NCBI RefSeq assembly: GCF_006345805.1 | Contig: NW_021829912.1 | Location: forward strand, 1-37,039 | From: Octopus sinensis | Taxonomy: Eukaryota | Direction: 5' to 3' | Length of the DNA stretch: 37,039 nucleotides | Shown here: positions 34,540 through 37,039 of the stretch, one piece after another | Layout of the letters: each line of letters begins with the position of its first letter | Position numbering within the stretch: position 1 is the stretch's first letter | Made by a program: the position numbers and the translations under genes | The notes under the pieces: generated by a model | Seen by the model: only the letters and a program-made list of their open reading frames with translations | Database searches by the model: none | What the model was told of the DNA's origin: nothing

Positions 34540-34986
34540 TGTATGTATGTATATATATACATATCCAGATATATTTATTGTGTTAATTTGTTCAACTGCG
34601 CGCTCCCCAATTACATTCAGCTTGTGTATCTTGCTTACGATGTTATAAATCAATGTTGCCGCAATATCTTCGTGTCACCACACCAAATTATCTTACACTC
34701 ACTTTTACTGAAGTTTATTATTATTATTTTCTCTTTTCATACAAGATCAGCATGAATTATAAGAAATTACTGCTTAGATGTAATAAGATATGAGACTTAA
34801 TTTTGCTGTTGCTGCCGTTGTTGTTGTCAGTTCACATGGGAAAAGATTTCAACTGGATACATACCAATATATTTTTATAATTATGCATTAGTTATTTTAT
34901 TTACGTGTTTCACTATCATCATCAGCCGCAGCACCAGCCGCAGCACCAGCAGTATTAGCAGCGGCATCGTCGTCGTCGTCATCATT

Positions 34987-35748
34987 TACGGCGACAAGCT
35001 AAAAGAATCGTTTACACGAAAATGCATAACGACATTTTGTTCGTCTTTAGGTTTTGAGTTCAAATGCCGGCAATGCCGACTTGGCCTTTCATCCTTTCGG
35101 GGTCCGTAAAGTAAACTTCCGGTCGAGTATTGGGGTCGAATTCACCGACTACACCCTTCTCCAAGAGTTTTAGGCCTTGCGCCTATAGTAAAAATAGGAT
35201 AATTATGCAATAGTTGTTTTATTTATTCATCAGCATCATCATCATCATCGTCATCATCGCCATCGTCGTCGCCGTCATCGTCGTCATCGTCGTCGAGGCC
35301 GTCATCGTCGTCGCCGACGTCGTCAACATCATTCCCATCGTCGTTAGGCTGCGCTAAATGTTCAGTTCAAATTCCGCCGAGGTCGACTTTGCCTTTCATC
35401 TATCGGGGTCGATAAAATAAGTGTCAGATGAGTACTGAGCGATAGGGAGGGGACAATGTAATCGACTTATGCCCTCCCCCGAGCTTCCTGGCCTTGTGTC
35501 AAAATCTAAAGCCATGACTACTTAAGGAGAAGGGCAGGCAGAATCGTTCGCTCGTGAGACAAAATGCTAAGCATCATTCCCTCCGGCTCTTTTTTTCGTT
35601 CTGCATTCACATTCCAAAGAGGTCAACTTTGCCTTTCTCCCATTCTGGGTCTAGGAAATAAAGTACCAGTCACGTCTTGAGGTCGACGTAATCAACAAAC
35701 TCTCTCCCCTCCTAAAATTGTTGGCTTTGTGCTAAAATTTAGAACTAT
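34987..35748 (+). mobile_element. Three head-to-tail family B SINEs (34987-35205, 35348-35515, 35523-35748)
   Basis: Each carries the GACTTTGCCTTTC(A)TCC block and a GGCCTTG(T)GC-type tail. Confidence 0.75.
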
Positions 35749-35814
35749 CTTCGTAATTATTATTGTTGTCGAGGCCAAATTTGTCTTTTATATATATTTC
35801 GCTCACATCCTTTC

Positions 35815-36305
35815 TCTAATTCTTTTCCTCTCCCCTTCTCTGTTTCTGTCTACCCCTCTCTCTCACCCTTTCTCCTTTGCTCTCATGTAACCATCGGCCA
35901 TCTTTTCTTTCTTTCCTTCCGATCAGCCGCAGAGATAAGACGCATTCTTGTCTCTCTCCTGTCAGAGCATGTTCCTCCGCGTTCGCCAACTCACCTCGTT
36001 TAGGCTTAGTAGCCCTTCCTGTTTGTTTTCGCTGTCCTGGTTTTGTTACCAACTTTTACCCGCCGCAAAATCCCAAATTTTATTTAATTTGCTTTGCGGA
36101 CCAACTGTTTTGTCGAAGACGTATCTTGTGAATTGCTCGAAATACGGATTAGAAAACAGCCGACAACTGAGGAGGGTCTTTTGTTATGTTGCTTGTCTTG
36201 TTCTCCATTTGTTTCTTTCGTTGTTCGCAAAAAGGTTCGCATTCCATGTTATCGTATTTCGTATTTCATATTGTTTACATTCTGTGACGTCCTGTGCCCA
36301 TATAT
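35815..36305 (+). repeat. ~460-bp dispersed repeat, copy 2 (pLTR-like)
   Basis: Homologous to 33925-34385. Confidence 0.8.
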
Positions 36306-37039
36306 GCATATGTATATACATATATATGTAAGTATGTATATATATGTATGTATATATGCATATATATATAATATATTTTATATATTATATATATTATATA
36401 TATATATATATAAACTCACAATACATGGATTCAGGTTATCCGGGAGTACTCATAAAAAATGTTCCTTAATGTATCATCCTACAAAACATATAACATAAGT
36501 ACCATTCGGGCTCTGAAGGCGATGCAAGAGTGGAAATTTCTCGAAAAAGAAAAAAAAAATCATAAAAAACAATGGTCTAAAAATAGCTATAAATGCATTA
36601 CTGCAAAAGGCGAAAACCGATAAAGCCTCTATGGGAACAACAATATAACTTAGAAATTATAAATATAATCTTTCTAATAATAGCCATGGTAGTTTTTTAC
36701 GTAAAAGGTTCCGCATCATTCTTTAGAAAAATGCGATATTGTTACATAACGAATATGCTCGAACAACGAAAGTAATGAGATAAAATTGCTTGTTGACACG
36801 AGATTATATTTAGAAATAAAAAACCGGTTTGGACCATAAACAGATTAAATGTTATATGACGTAATCGCAACCGGGCGTAAGGCAATTCCAGTGTAGAAAA
36901 TAAGTAACAATTATGACGGAGCAAAATATAGTGGTAAACAAATTAAGCTAATTAAAGCTAATAACGATATCAGAACACCGGAAAGAAATGTTTCAAATCT
37001 TAGAACAAGGCTAACAATTTCAGCGAGAAGAGTTTAATC

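Overview
AT-rich eukaryotic non-coding DNA saturated with microsatellites ((TA)n, (CA)n, (TACA)n, (TATC)n, (GGT)n) and interspersed repeats. The repeat types resemble those I know from octopus (coleoid cephalopod) genomes; this is an inference, not a database result. I found no intact host gene, and nearly all listed ORFs are microsatellite artefacts. The window holds: a degraded near-full-length Penelope-like retroelement (RT + C-terminal GIY-YIG, minus strand, ~15.3-19.4 kb); a 5'-truncated R4/Dong-like restriction-like-endonuclease LINE end; three mariner remnants; a hAT MITE; two Helentron/DINE-like elements; and about 25 tRNA-derived SINE copies from four families, labelled A-D here as working names. 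The most notable signal is a set of minimal type-I hammerhead ribozyme motifs, read by eye. Two have intact cores, one of them with an unusually long branched stem II. Several sit inside or beside fold-back palindromes, which suggests non-autonomous Penelope-dependent (retrozyme-like) elements. All coordinates were read manually and may be off by a few bases.
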